In this document: positions 35,181-47,943 of the stretch, piece after piece
Layout of the letters: each line of letters begins with the position of its first letter
How positions within the stretch are numbered: position 1 is the stretch's first letter
Assembly: GCA_030704615.1 (NCBI GenBank)
Contig: CM060731.1
Span: 93,682,001 to 93,746,000 of the forward strand
From: Takakia lepidozioides
Taxonomy: Eukaryota; Plantae; Bryophyta
Length of the DNA: 64,000 nucleotides
Direction of reading: 5' to 3'
The notes under the pieces: model-generated
What the model was told of the DNA's origin: nothing
Databases searched by the model: none
The model's input: the letters and a program-made list of their open reading frames with translations, nothing else
Position numbers and translations under genes: made by a program

Positions 35181-36069
35181 ACAATGTTAAAAAATTAATA
35201 ACATGCCTATATGCCAAAGTCGATGGGTGGTCTGACGGTTCTTCATGTCATGCGTATCGTTGATGTTGTAGGGTTCGAACCCACTACTGGTTTATATTGA
35301 GGGTTGTGCTCACGCTTTATGGCCCTGGAAATCAAAAAGCTTTTATCAGAGTCTTCATTGTTTCTTACATAGTACTGTTCAAAAGGTTAAAAAGAGCTCT
35401 ACATTTGTAAGATGAAGCATGACTTGATAGTAGGGTGCCTCGATAGTATCCCTGCGAACTGGGGTTCAAACTTGTACCTACGCCGTGTGCTACCGTTATG
35501 CTTCCCTTTGATGTATGGCCAACGTACTTTGTTTTTCCTCTCGGCATTTATTTTTTTGTTTGTTGTTTGTTGTTTGTTTTTTAGCAACACAACTAGAAAC
35601 TATGGGCTACAAGCATGAAAAGACCGGCAGTACCTTCACCCAATAGCGCAAAACAACCACATGCTGCATGTAACTTACAAACAGCAAAAAGACAGCAAAC
35701 CATGACTTTTTTCGATGGAAATCATGACAACTCAAATTTTGATTGGGCTTTTACAGCAAGTCTGCAACTTCTAATATTGTCTCTACTCCATTGTGGCCAT
35801 CCATGGTAGTAAAACACCCATTGATCATGCTTAGTTACAACAGAGAATCGAGTGTGTCCACCTACTTAACATAGTCATGTATGGAGGCCTCAGTAATAAG
35901 CCCTGCTGGTTCTAAATCAGGTTGTTGTGGTACCAATAGCTCGGTTCTATCTTAAACAAGAAGCTGAGTATCGGTTCTGCTGTTGGCTAATCACATTGCG
36001 AAGCTGGGCTTGCCCTTCAAAAATTTGACTTCAGGGGAATCCCATGGCCCTGCTTATCCTGCATTTCTC

Positions 36070-36492
36070 TTGCCTCAATTCGACAGCAACCTTGTTCCTT
36101 TCTGACACCTTTGTTCTTCATCATCTTTCTCAACATTGTTGTATCATCCCACCTGCTAGCTATAGAACAAACGTTCAATAGCATGACATATGTTGCAACA
36201 TGTTGTGGATCCCCAGTGAGAAGGCTTTTTGCTGCACGTTCTGCCACCTCCACATTACCATGAATTCTGCAGGCACAAAGCAAGGTCCCCCAATGCAGGT
36301 TCAATTGGCATTCAGCTGCAGGAACATAACTAAGTTTTTTCTCACCTCCCAACTGCCAGCTGCAGAACAAACTTTCGATACAAACACATATGTTGCAGCA
36401 TGTTGTGGATCCCCAATGAGAAGGTTTTTTGCTGCACGTTCTGCCACCTTCACATTACCATGAATTCTGTAGGCACAAAGCAAGGCCCCCCA
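36070..36492 (-). pseudogene. PLS-class PPR protein E-domain fragment with internal duplication
   Basis: WGTLLCACRIHGNVEVAERAAKSLL..DPQHVATYVMLLNV..RWDD..LRKMMKNKGVRKEQGCCRIE. The first half occurs twice (~36186-36292 and ~36385-36492). Confidence 0.85.
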
Positions 36493-37739
36493 TTATAAGC
36501 ATGCCTTGAACCTCAACCAAGCAGCTGAACCAAGTGCCTTGAACCAAGTGGCCTTATCTGTGCATGCCTTCCACCTCAACCAAGTGGCCTTACGTGTTCC
36601 GTCGTACCTGAACCTTCTTTGCATCACAATAGTCTCGATATAGTAGCAGAAAACAATGAGAATGCCTTCATGAACTGCAGATGAAGTCATAAAATGAATA
36701 ACCAACAATGCCATCTTCCCATCGCAAGACTCTGTGATCCTCTCATTTCCCCTGGTGCCTATGGCCGGCCTCTGCAAACCCCCCTTCTTCCCACCAACAC
36801 AGCCATGACTACCAGAATGATACATGCAATAAGAAGATGCAAACTGGAAGCCTGTCACTGTGTGCACTAGCATGTATGGACATTTGAGGACATTAAAATT
36901 CAGCAACCACCACCAACACATATGAGATTGCAGTGACAAGAGAATAGCTCACTTGTGGAGGAATTGAACTTCCAGCCAAATGAATGGCTCTGCCCCATGC
37001 AGCACAAGTGTCCTGCAAAAACAAGGTTAGTACAAAATGAAAAAGCACTTACCAACCCCTCGTGTATAGAAAGGGCTCCCGATTCTAGGGAAGAACTGGT
37101 GGCCATCCACAGTTTGCAGGCACCAAATCCAAAGTGATAAGCCCAGAGCATCACCAATATGAGCTCCTTGGTGTGAAGGTGACGAGGCTTCCGTAGGACT
37201 TCCCCCTCATCAAAGCACCTATTCTGCAAAGAGAAGTCAACATGGAATGCCAAATTGACACCTTCCAGCTTAAAAGTTCATGCAACCTCAAATGCCAGGT
37301 CACGAGATCTTTTAGCAAATCGTAGAAACTCCAACTACACTGTAAAGCTTACAACAACCAGTCCAGTCGATCCATGGGGTAACAGGGGGTTACTCAGGCC
37401 CTCGTTGGGAGAAAGAGTGCCAAAAAAGCAGACACCTCCTTAAATCTAAAAATTGGACAATACAACGTCTGGTTTAAAAAAATCAAGAAACCGGAATTAT
37501 AGTCTGTCCATCGCACATTTGAAGGGTCCGAGGGTAACTCAAAATCGCAGTTTCGAGAAAAACCACCGGTTCTTGCCAGTTTTGAATCGCTCCTCCAGTT
37601 CACTGCCTTGGTTTCATGTCATCAGTGGAACGGCCCCAAGTTAAACTGTCATGACAACAAGCACCGCCCTCTATCGTGATGCTGAGTCTAAAAGCGGACT
37701 TCAAACCTAAAAAATACTCGCAAACGACATGAATACATG

Positions 37740-38300
37740 CATACCCTAAAAAAACCCTAAAAACCCTTAAAAAACCCTTAAAAACCTATAATACCTAAAC
37801 AAAACCCCAAAAAATGAAAAAACAAAATCCTGAAAAGGGGTGTGCGGCACCGCACACCTCTTTCAGCGGCACCGCACGCAAAAAAAACAAACCCTAAAAA
37901 CCCCAAAAAATGAAAAAACAAAAAACCCTGAAAAGGGGTGTGCTACACCGCACACCTCTTTCAGTGGCACCTCACACTTAAAAAAGAAAACCCTAAAAAA
38001 ACCCTAAAAACCCTTTAAAAACCTTTAAAACCTTGAAAAATCCCAAAAAAAGAAAAAAGAAAATCCTGAAAAGGGGTGTGCGGCACCGCACACCTCTTTC
38101 AATGGCACCGCACACTAAAAAAAACCCTAAGTAAACCCTAAAAACCCTAAAAAAAAATCCCACTTTGAGTGGCATATGTAGGGAAAATAAAACCCCCCTA
38201 AGAATCCCTAAGAAAACGGTAAAAACCCTAGAAACCCGAAAAAACAAGAAAAGAATTCAGTGGCATCTACGTGGGAAAAAAACCCTAAAAAAACCCTAAT
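37740..38300. repeat. A-rich AAACCCTAAA repeats with three GGTGTGCGG-CA-CCGCACACC-type palindrome units
   Basis: Units near 37828, 37926 and 38063. Confidence 0.75.
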
Positions 38301-39726
38301 TACCCATCCACTATACCACCTTCCCCGTAATTACTAATTTTTATTATGCCCACTATCAATATTGGTTGGATCCTTGGCAACTGTGCTCTTCATATAACCT
38401 TGTCACTGGCATGCCTACAGAGTTCATCGTGTCCGCGGTTATGGGTGCCATCCGCGGAATTGCGTACAGTAACTTTTTGCAAAATCTTAGGGTAGCACCG
38501 CTCACGTGAGCACAGGCTCACCGCTCACGATCTAGCATCCCTCCTTTGCGAGTTTCAACTTTCTTGGAGGTAGTTTCCAGTTTCTCTGGTGTCACAACTG
38601 CCTTCAAGTTAACATCCAAAGTGTACCTAGAAAAATCCAGAATCTCTCATCAGCACCATCTCCATCAGCAAAACCCGGCGGTTGCTCTATAAAGCCAATA
38701 GGCGAGAATACACACCTGGTTGGCATGATATGATTGTAGTTCACAACCTTAATGAACGCCTTCAGCCTTGACCTCTTTGCGATCTTCTTCTGTGACGCCT
38801 TCTTGATAACTTGTCAAATGGAAAAGCAACTACACATCAAATTCTTGCAAAGACGCTCAATGCTAGAATCAACGTTTCGAGTCGGCATGCACAATATCAT
38901 AAGGAAAACAAATCTTCTCTCCTGTTATTGCTCCCCAGCTCCTTTGTTACTACTTCCGCTCCTTGTATGCTTCTCTGTTATTGCTTCCGAGCCTGTATTG
39001 CTGCTCCCTTGTTTTTGCTCCCCGGAGCAGGGGACTGAAAATAAGGGACCAAGAATAGGGGATTAGTAACATAGATGTGTGGGGACCAAGAATAGGGGAG
39101 CTGGGGAGTAGGGGACTGGGAGCATGGGACCCAAGAGGGACGTGAAGCGCAAGGGAGCACTGGACTCAATAGGGATGGAGATTTGACTGCGGGCCCACCA
39201 GAGGCCTCTCCGGCTAGCTTCGGTGACCATACTGGCAAGGCTTGCATATGTGCATTCAACTCCCATTTTATGTCTAGTGCAAACCCTCCACCCATTCATT
39301 GTTCAATGCAAATTTACAGATTCCATTGATTGAGCCTGGAGCAAAATAACAAGTGAATTTTTTGGCTACCCACCCTTGACTTGCTGTGCCCCAAATGGCA
39401 GAAGGTCTAGAGTTGGATTAAGAGCTGCGGGAAACCATTTATTTTACTCGCAAAACCCATTCTATTACTACCTGCAAATTCATCAATAATGAGTAGTCAT
39501 TTTCAAAAAATCATGAAAGAAGAGAGCTGTCAAACAAAACGTCAAAACTGAGAGAACTCGAATCGACATATATATGTACATCAATCATGTGATATTTTTG
39601 TTTTGTGAGTACTTGTATAGCAGTTTATCCTCGAGAATATCAACTTAGCCCTTAAGCGCCCAATGGGCAAGTTTGATTTTTTCCAAAAAACGGACCCCTG
39701 CGCAGAACAAATGGTTATAACTTCAC

Positions 39727-42200
39727 CCCAATGGGCTCCTATCCCGACCACTATCACTACCCTCTGCTCGCTACGAGTACTTTGTCACTCCACCCCCCTG
39801 ATCCTCTCGCCAGAACCGCGCCAGGGCCTTCTGAATGAGCTCGTCCAGCTCATCTATGCAGGGGCAGTTATCCTCGGGCTTCTTGCTACTTTCTATCAAG
39901 GCTACAACATAGCCTAGCGCCCCGATATAACAGAGCCAACAATCGTGCTCGTTTCGGGTATAATGTACGAGGGCTATGATGGTCTGATCGAGTTGTTCCT
40001 CACTCATATCCCTCCTTGTTGGACTGATTGGGTCTCATTCTGGGTCCTTGCCCTCCGGTGGCTACACCACGAAGTCGCAATGCACCGCGTTGGGGGTAGC
40101 TTCTAGTGCGAACTCAAGACAACATACAAGAAATCTACCTAACAAACAGTAAGAAACACACAAGATGACACAGACTGACTGCACACTATTCTCCTGAAGA
40201 TCTCCTTTTGTACCCTTCTTTACTCCTTGAGGAACTCCAACCTGGAGCTCAACCAACCGGTTTCTCCCTATTACAGTGGGGCTCAGCCCAAGTGTTTCAT
40301 AGTCTGGTGTCTCTTTGCTGTATGTTGTCACAGCCTAACTACCTCCTATTCCCCATTGCTGGTACCCCTATCCCCCTCTTAGCCTGCAAACTACCCTCTT
40401 GTCTTCCTAGCTACAACATCCTCCGTTGTTGCCTGCCTGGCAATACCCTCCCTCTCTTTCCCAAAATCGCAACAGCTCTCCCCCACATTTTGTCTCTTTC
40501 ATCTCCTGCAGTGTGCCACCCTCTCTCCCTAATCTTGATAATCCCAATAAATGCCCCTTCTCCTCCTGCTGATGTTTGCCTCTGCTCCCTGCCAGCATCG
40601 CGTCCTCCGCCCTCAACTCCTCATGATTTCTCGGAGATTCTCCTTTGCGTGCTCCTCGCGTGACGATGGCAGCGCCAGTCTTTTCCCAAGAAAGTACTTC
40701 GCCTCCCGCAACAGTCCGTGCTTTGTAGTCTTCTCCCCCTTCGTAGCGACTTGGGCCCTCGTCGCTCCGGGCATGATCGCAGCTGAGTCGGGCTCGTAAG
40801 GGTTCCGCTGCTTGTAGCGTCTGCTGAGCTCTAGCTGAGCTAGTAGCCTCCTCGCAACTCATTGCCTGGTTGCAGCTCGTAGCTGCTCATCCGGCCTGCT
40901 TGGGCGTTGGGCTTCCCTCGGGTGTGCCCTCCGGAAAGATCCCTTGCTCTGGCTCCGCCGAGCTCCTTGATGCATCCCTCATTCCCTCCTGCACAAATGC
41001 AGAGGGTCAATTTTCTAGTTTAACATTATCCCCCTCCTACTTTTGTCCATGTCCTCATGGACGTCTTCCTCGTCTTTTCTCTATGGACCTTCTACGGCTA
41101 GATCCACTCTCTGAGCTACTTTGGGTGGTTTCATGGGGTAGCGGGAAATACTCGTCCGCACTATCATCTGGAGCGTTGCACTCATCTTCGCTCCCTCCGC
41201 TAGTTCGTACACATGTCCAAGTTGGTACATACCGCAGTGCTGCTGAAAGATGTAGTCTTAGGGGTAAGGTTGTTTGTATCCTGTGGCGGAATGAGATTCG
41301 TGGCTTCCCCATCAACACCTGCTTTACCCTTTGTTTAACTCTATATCTCGCCCCGTTGAATGACGTCTCTGTCATCCCCATGAGGGTAGGATACGCGGGT
41401 AGGGATTGCGTCCTCTTTAGCCTACGAACTAGACAACTTTTCCCTCGTTGGAACAAAGTTTTGACCTTCATGGATTCCCGTAGCTCCTCGTGAGCCCTCT
41501 GGGTAGGTACACGACCACCCGGTCTTCTCTTTGCGCAACTTCTATATGTTGCCGTTGCGTTCGCCAGAAGAGGTCATTATCATACTTAGGGGCCTTGGGC
41601 AGGTGGCAGCGTGGCTCCATAGCTGCTCGTATTTCACCTCCATTAGGCAGTAGAACCGTAGAACGTAATGTTATATGCACTCTGTGCTAGCATCGATCTT
41701 TGCGTACTCGGCAAGTCCTTCGAGTAGTATGTCCCCCACTGCTAGCCTAAAAGCAGTTAAATCCGAAGGGTCCCTTGTGTGTTGTGCCAGTAGGCATTGA
41801 AGAATTCTGTCGTCCACTCCTCGTGTTGGGGTGGTATTGCCAACTGATGGGGGGCAGGATAAATCATCCTCAGGGCCAGGAATAATCCCTCTGGTACCTT
41901 GGGTAAAGGCATTGCGCATAGCAGAGTCTCCAGGGCCACCAAGTATTGGTTGGGGTATAAGTACCCGTCTAAGGCACCGCCGGGTAATCCTGCCGTGTCA
42001 ATGTGATCAAAGATCAAAAGACAAGGTAAGGTCCGGATGTTGGGCTTCAAGAGACAGGCCAATGCTCGTTTTTTTATAAAAATTATTACAGACCCGTCCA
42101 AGTCCAAGATCGAATTCCTCAAGCATAATCACCAAGCCTCACTTGCTTGTTGATCTTATTTGACTACAAATATTCCCACCGGTTCTGCTGTAACTATTCC
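39727..42200 (-). mobile_element. Unclassified repetitive element with decayed minus-strand ORFs
   Basis: Duplicated at 33481-34681. Chain of frameshifted ORFs (41757-42122, 41671-41919, 41468-41680, 41055-41471, 39771-40007) with no recognisable domain. Confidence 0.4.
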
Positions 42201-43195
42201 ACATGAAAGCCAACGACGGCACAATCTGCCTTCATGCCAGCCTGTCCCTGCTCGCTGACCAAGAAAACCAACGATAGCCAGCCAACTTCTCAACTCGGCC
42301 TTTACTGATTGCACACCATGATATATGCCATGAACAACTTCACCAAATCGTTTGTCATCAGTACCGATATAACATTGGCACGACGACTTGTAGACATGAG
42401 CCCATCAACCAGTCCAACACCTTGGTTGCTCACTATGTGCAGGTCTGAAACCATCAGTCTGCTCAGGAATTACCTATAGCATGGTATTTTTATCTCTGCA
42501 GCTGAAGTCGAAGACCACGGTCCACCTACTCGCGTAACCAGCTGCACCTCCGCTTCTAACCACCAAGACAATGAAGGCTTGCATCCCAGCCTTGCGAGAC
42601 AACAATAATGCTGATCGTTTCACCATGCTCGGCTCTCAATCTGCCGCTCAGCCAGTGACCGTTGTAAAAGGGAGAATACCCATGCACTTTCGTGTTACCG
42701 CTTTCAACACACAGAAGCCTAACTTGCCATTGCACCCTCGTGTTTCTCTCTCATCTTCACACAAAACCCACAAGTGCTAAAAACTAATTAAGCTCACATC
42801 TTGCACTCACAGATGCAAACTCATCTCTCTCGAGTGATAGAACAAGCTAAGAGACACACTGTTCACACCAGAAACAACATGAAATCCATCGCTATCACTC
42901 GTTAAAACAGAAGTCGAGCTAGGGGCACCCCAAGCTATGGGGACTCCACCCCACAACAACCTATACTCCCATCATAAGCACACTCAGTCCTAAAAGATGC
43001 AGGAGCTCGGTTGCGCAGGCTCAACTCGAGAGAGATGAGCTGCGCGACTGTCGCTCTCGTGAAGATAAGGCGGTTCAGGTATCAAACTAAACTTGACACC
43101 TGATTTAACACTTGACCTAAATCCAAGTGTTAAATACAAATAACTAGCTTTATTCTAGTTGTTTTCACACTGTGCTTATTTAACTTGACAAACAC

Positions 43196-46100
43196 TTGAA
43201 GCCGATTCGGACGCGCTTCATCTTTGAAGTAAGGCTTCAAAAGGGAGACGTGGAATACTGGATGCACCTTGCTGTTTGTCGGCAGCTCCAATTCATACAC
43301 ATCCTCATTCATAACCTTCCGGATGCGAAAGGGTCCCGCATACGGAGGTACAAACTTCGGACTCACTTCCGGAGGTAGTCAGAAATTCTTGATGTTCAAC
43401 CAGACCTCCGTGCCTGCCTCAAATTTCACTTCCCTTCGTTTCTGATTCGCCTGCCTTTCATACTGTTTCCTAGCTTTGGCAATGTTGTACTTTGCGAGCT
43501 TCAACAAACGCTCGCGTTCTTCCAGTACCGCCGGTTCCTCAACGTCCTGGGCGGCCCAACTTGTCGGCACCAGAGGTGCTTTTCCATAGACCAATACAAA
43601 AGGGGAAACTCCCGTTGCGGAGTGTTATGTGTTATTATAACAGAACTCTGCCGCGTCTAAGTGTTCCACCCAGTCTGTTTGGTCTGCCGACACGTAATTC
43701 CGCAAGATCTGCTTCACTACAGAATTCACTCTTTCCGTTTGGCCGTCGGTCGTAGGTCGGAAGGTGGTGCTCATCTTCAGCCTCGTCCCCATCTTCTTCC
43801 AAAGTGCCCTCCAAAATTTACTTGTAAACTTTGGATCGCGGTCCGAGACAATATCCTTCGGGACTCCATGATGCTTTAAGACGTGGGCGAAGTAAAGTCG
43901 CCCTGTTTCCTGCGCCGTTGTCGTCTCCTTGGTGGGGATGAAATCACCCATTTTACTGAACCTATCCACCACCACCATGATTGCATTGAATCCTTTTGAC
44001 AGCGGCATAGCAGTCATGAAATCCATTGAGACGCTTTCCCAAATCCCCTCTGGAATCGGCAAGGGTTGTAACAGCCCCGCTTGCTTTTTGTACTCGCTCC
44101 GGTTTTGTTGGCATGTGGTGCATGTCTTGACATACTCCTCTGCCTCCTCCCTCAGTTTGGGCCAGAAATACTCTTTCTTCAAGAGTGTCGTAGTGCGCTT
44201 GGCTCCGCCGTGGCCCGCAAGCGGGCTATCATGGCATTCTCTCAAGAGGCTATCTCTGATCCCTCCCTTCGGCACGTAGAGACGCTTTTGCTTATACCGG
44301 AGCAGTCCATTTTGCAAGTGGAACTGCGATTTAACCCCCATCCTCAAGTCCTACATCACGGACTTCGCCAGCTCATCCTTTCGGCAAGCCTTCCGGATCT
44401 TCCTTTGGAGCGCCGTCTCGCCCCTGTACACCAACAGGAGCTGCTGCTTTCTACTTAAAGCATCAGTCACCACGTTGTCCCGTCCCGGTTTGAACTGGAT
44501 ATCCACGTCGAACACCGCCAAAATATCTTGCCACCTAAGTTGTTTTGGGGACAACTTGGGTTGCGTGGCAAAATACTTCACCGTGACATTGTCCGTGAAC
44601 ACCTTCACTGGGTTAGAACCAACATAGTGGCGCCAAAGCTCAAAACAGTGCACTACCGCCTTCATCTCTTTCTCGTGCGTCGGCCACTGTCGCTCCACTT
44701 CATTCAGTTTCTTACTTTTGTAAGCCACTGGACGTCCATCTTGCATCAGTACACCCCCAATTGCCTCGAACGGACGATCGAACTCCGGGATTTTCAAGAC
44801 TGGAGCTTCCGCCATCCGCTGCTTCAATTCAGCAAAAGCTTGGCCACAAAAGGTGTTCCATGCCCAGACTTTGGATTTACACAGAAGGTCTAACAGCGGC
44901 CCCGCGATCTTGGCAAAATTTCTCACATACTTCCGGTAATAGGAGGCGAGTCCTAGGAAGGATCGCACTCCCGGGACCGAAGTCGGAGGCTCCCAGTCCA
45001 AGATTGCCCTAACCTTCCTGTCATCCATTCTGATCCCATCCTGTGTAATCACATGCCTCAGGAACTCCACTTTTGTGACCCCGAATTTGCACTTTGAAGC
45101 TTTGGCATACAACTTCCCTTCCCGCAATTTCTAGAACACCCTTTTGAGGTGTTCCAGGTGCTCCTCCTTTGTTTTCGAATACACCAAGATGTCGTCGATG
45201 TACACGATCACAAAGTCATCCAACCACTCCTGGAAAAGGCTGTTCATCAGCGTGCTAAAGGTCGCGGGAGCGTTGGTGAGTCCAAAAGGCATCACCAAGA
45301 ACTCATATGAACCATACCTTGTCCTGCACGCGGTCTTCTCCTCATCTCCTTCCGCCACTCGAATTTGGTGATAGCCGAAGCGCAGATCGATCCGGCTGAA
45401 ATACTTCGCTCCTGCCAATCGATCGAAAAGGTCGTCGATCCTTGGCAAAGGATACCGGTTTTTGATAGTCACCTTATTCAAAGCCCTGTAATCGACACAC
45501 ATCCGCAGTGTCCCATCCTTCTTGTCTGCGAATAGCACCGGGGCTCCGTAAGGTGACTTACTCGGCCGGATGTACCCCTTTGACATTAGATCTTTGAGCT
45601 GAGTCTTCAGCTCGACCAACTCTCTGTGGCTCAACCGGTATGGCGCCTTGGCAGGCGGTTCCGATCCCGGTATCACCTCAATCTTGTGGTCAACTCCTCT
45701 TCGCGGTGGCAAGCCGCTTGGTAAATCCTCCGGCATCACATCTTGGTATTTCTCCAAGATCCCCTTGATCCAATCTGGGCTCGGCTCCCCATCGCCTTCT
45801 CCCTTCACTTCTCTAATGAAGAGCAAAAACTGGGGCTCGTGTGCCTCCTCCACGACCCACTCCCTTGCTGACAGAAGGTTTATTCGTCCTCCCACGGGTT
45901 TGGGTGTTTCCGACACTCGTAAGACCTCGCCACCATTCCCACATGGCAGCGTGACTACTCTCTTGCGGCCATCTATGACCGCTCCGGATTTACTCAAAAA
46001 TGTCATCCCCAAAATGAGATCCACTCCATCGATCTCGCAGATGGTGAAGTTCTCACGTCCCTCCCAACTCCCCAGTTGAAGAGAAACATCAAACGCCAAC

Positions 46101-47496
46101 CTTGTCGCCAATTGCGGTTCTCCTTTGGCAGAACGCACCTCAATAGAGGCCCCCACGTCACTTGTCGGGAGTCCCAGCTTTTGTGTTGTTGCCGGTGTCA
46201 TGAAGGCGTGCGACGCTCCTGTGTCCACCAACAACGACACGTTAGTTCCGGATATTATCCCATCCACGAACAATAACTGACTCCCTTTACGTAAGGCGCC
46301 AGTTTCCTGATACAACTCACAAGAAAATTTGCCTACCTTGCAAGTCCTGGCGACCACCGCTTCCACCAAGTGACTGATGGTATCTTCTGACAGCTTTGTG
46401 GTCGCCCGAGTCATGTTCAATTGTCGGGGCTTCGTGCACTTCTTGGCCATGTGCCCGGGCTCCCCGTAATTGAAACACACTCCATCAAAGGTCGCCTTCT
46501 GTCCGCCATAGGCCGTTCCACCCATTTTTCCTTTCGAAGCACCGAGTGCCGCCTTGACTTGTGAAGGCCCTCCCTTCGATTTCCACGTGCCATTGTCGCC
46601 GCGTGGCCTATCCCATTTCTTTTCCGGTCGGAAGGAGTCACCTTCCCGCCGGGTCTTCTTGTGGTTCAGCTTTGTACGGCCTTGTCTTTCACCCTTAGGG
46701 ACATCCGAGAAACATTCCGCCCTCTCAATTCCCTCGTTCAAAGTCTTAGGTGGCTTCTCCTCCAACTTCCGTCTGGCCCATGGGGCCAGTCCCGCCACAA
46801 AGTTGAGACCATTTCTGGTTCTGCCATGTCCGCAACTTCGAGCAACAGCACATTGAAAGCCTGGACATATCCCCGAATGTCATCTGTTTGCTTCAAATTC
46901 CTCATCTTGTCCCGGGCGAGCCAGGACGCGTTGAGGGGCACAAACTGCCTCTTCATCAATTCCTTGAACCCACTCCAGTTCAAGGTTTCTGGGCTTGGAC
47001 CTTGGTCGTGAAGGCGTTTCTGCCACCATTGGTGAGCATAGCCCCTCAAATAGGTGGGAGCCACTTCCACCCGATCCTCGTCACTCAACTTGGCCGCCTG
47101 GAAGTACTGCTCTAGCTCCAAGAGCCAGGTGTTGAGTGCCTTCCGATTTCGGACGCCCTCGAAGGTGCCGGGTTCCTTAGGCTTCACCTTAAACTTTGCC
47201 TTAGTGGAAGTGACATTAGCCGCCTTCAACACGTCTTTCAACGTCCCGCCAAATTGCGCCAACAACCCTTCCCAAAAGGCTGCCGGCATGGGAGGCATCT
47301 GTTGGTCGGTCGGAGCTCTCAGGGATTCCTCAGGCTCCGACTCCTCAGATTCCTCCAGCTCTTGAGCGGCCTCATTTTCGGAAACATGCATCGCTTCCTC
47401 AAACGGCCGCCTCGGTGACACGTCGCCCCCATCGGGCTCACCAGGATCATCATCTTTTGGGCCGTTCCGCTTTCGCTTTGGCTTGCCCGACCCCAT
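43196..47496 (-). mobile_element. Decayed Ty3/gypsy (chromovirus, Tcn1/Galadriel-like) gag-pol
   Basis: gag 46738-47496; [10 protein letters not shown]; [33 protein letters not shown]; RH HEKEM; IN HDSPLAGH..CTTCQ, SDRD, DGQTER; AGPF. Stops and frameshifts; breaks off before any chromodomain. Confidence 0.92.
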
Positions 47497-47509
47497 GATG
47501 ATGGTGAGA

Positions 47510-47880
47510 GTACCCAGGACAATGAATCAGAAAGTGGATATTGTCTTCAGGTTGCCCACACAACGGGCACTTACAATTTTCCTTTCCTCTCTGTCTGTTC
47601 GCTGATCAAAGGTAGGCTACCCGCCCTGAGTTTCAATTTCAGTCTAGTGCCGAGAGTGGGTAAACTCTTGAGGTCATCCATGATGGCCTCACCCATGTCA
47701 CAGACTGGAAACAGGTTCAGGGAAGTTTTCTGCTTAGCTTCATTTTCATCAGACAAATTCCTGGCAACAGACATGGCTTTGAATCTTCAGCCTGTAAGTC
47801 AGGTTAGTCCAGAGGGTCAAGGCTTGAGGACTTAGATTCGGATCCTTGAAAATCTCTTCTACCCTCTTCCGCCAGGACGT
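47510..47880 (-). mobile_element. LINE ORF2 C-terminal fragment (Zn knuckle)
   Basis: LKLKLRAGSLPL..then KCPLCGQPEDNIHFLIHCPGY in a shifted frame, a typical LINE C-terminal CCHC pattern. Confidence 0.6.
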
Positions 47881-47897
47881 CGCCTGTTTGTTGTGTG

Positions 47898-47943
<46 letters not shown>

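Noticed and set aside
35222-35292. tRNA gene (A-box-like GGTGGTCTGACGG, B-box GGTTCGAACC)
   Set aside because: I could not build a convincing cloverleaf; at most a tRNA-derived relic inside a TE. tRNAscan-SE would settle it.
36493-37253. Minus-strand ORFs upstream of the PPR fragment as the rest of a gene
   Set aside because: No PPR motifs or other recognisable domain, and no consistent exon chain.
37740-38300. Interstitial telomere (CCCTAAA)
   Set aside because: Motifs are scattered in poly-A with irregular spacing, not a tandem heptamer array.
39590-39700. hAT-like terminus (reverse complement CAGGGGTCCG)
   Set aside because: No partner TIR or TSD identified.
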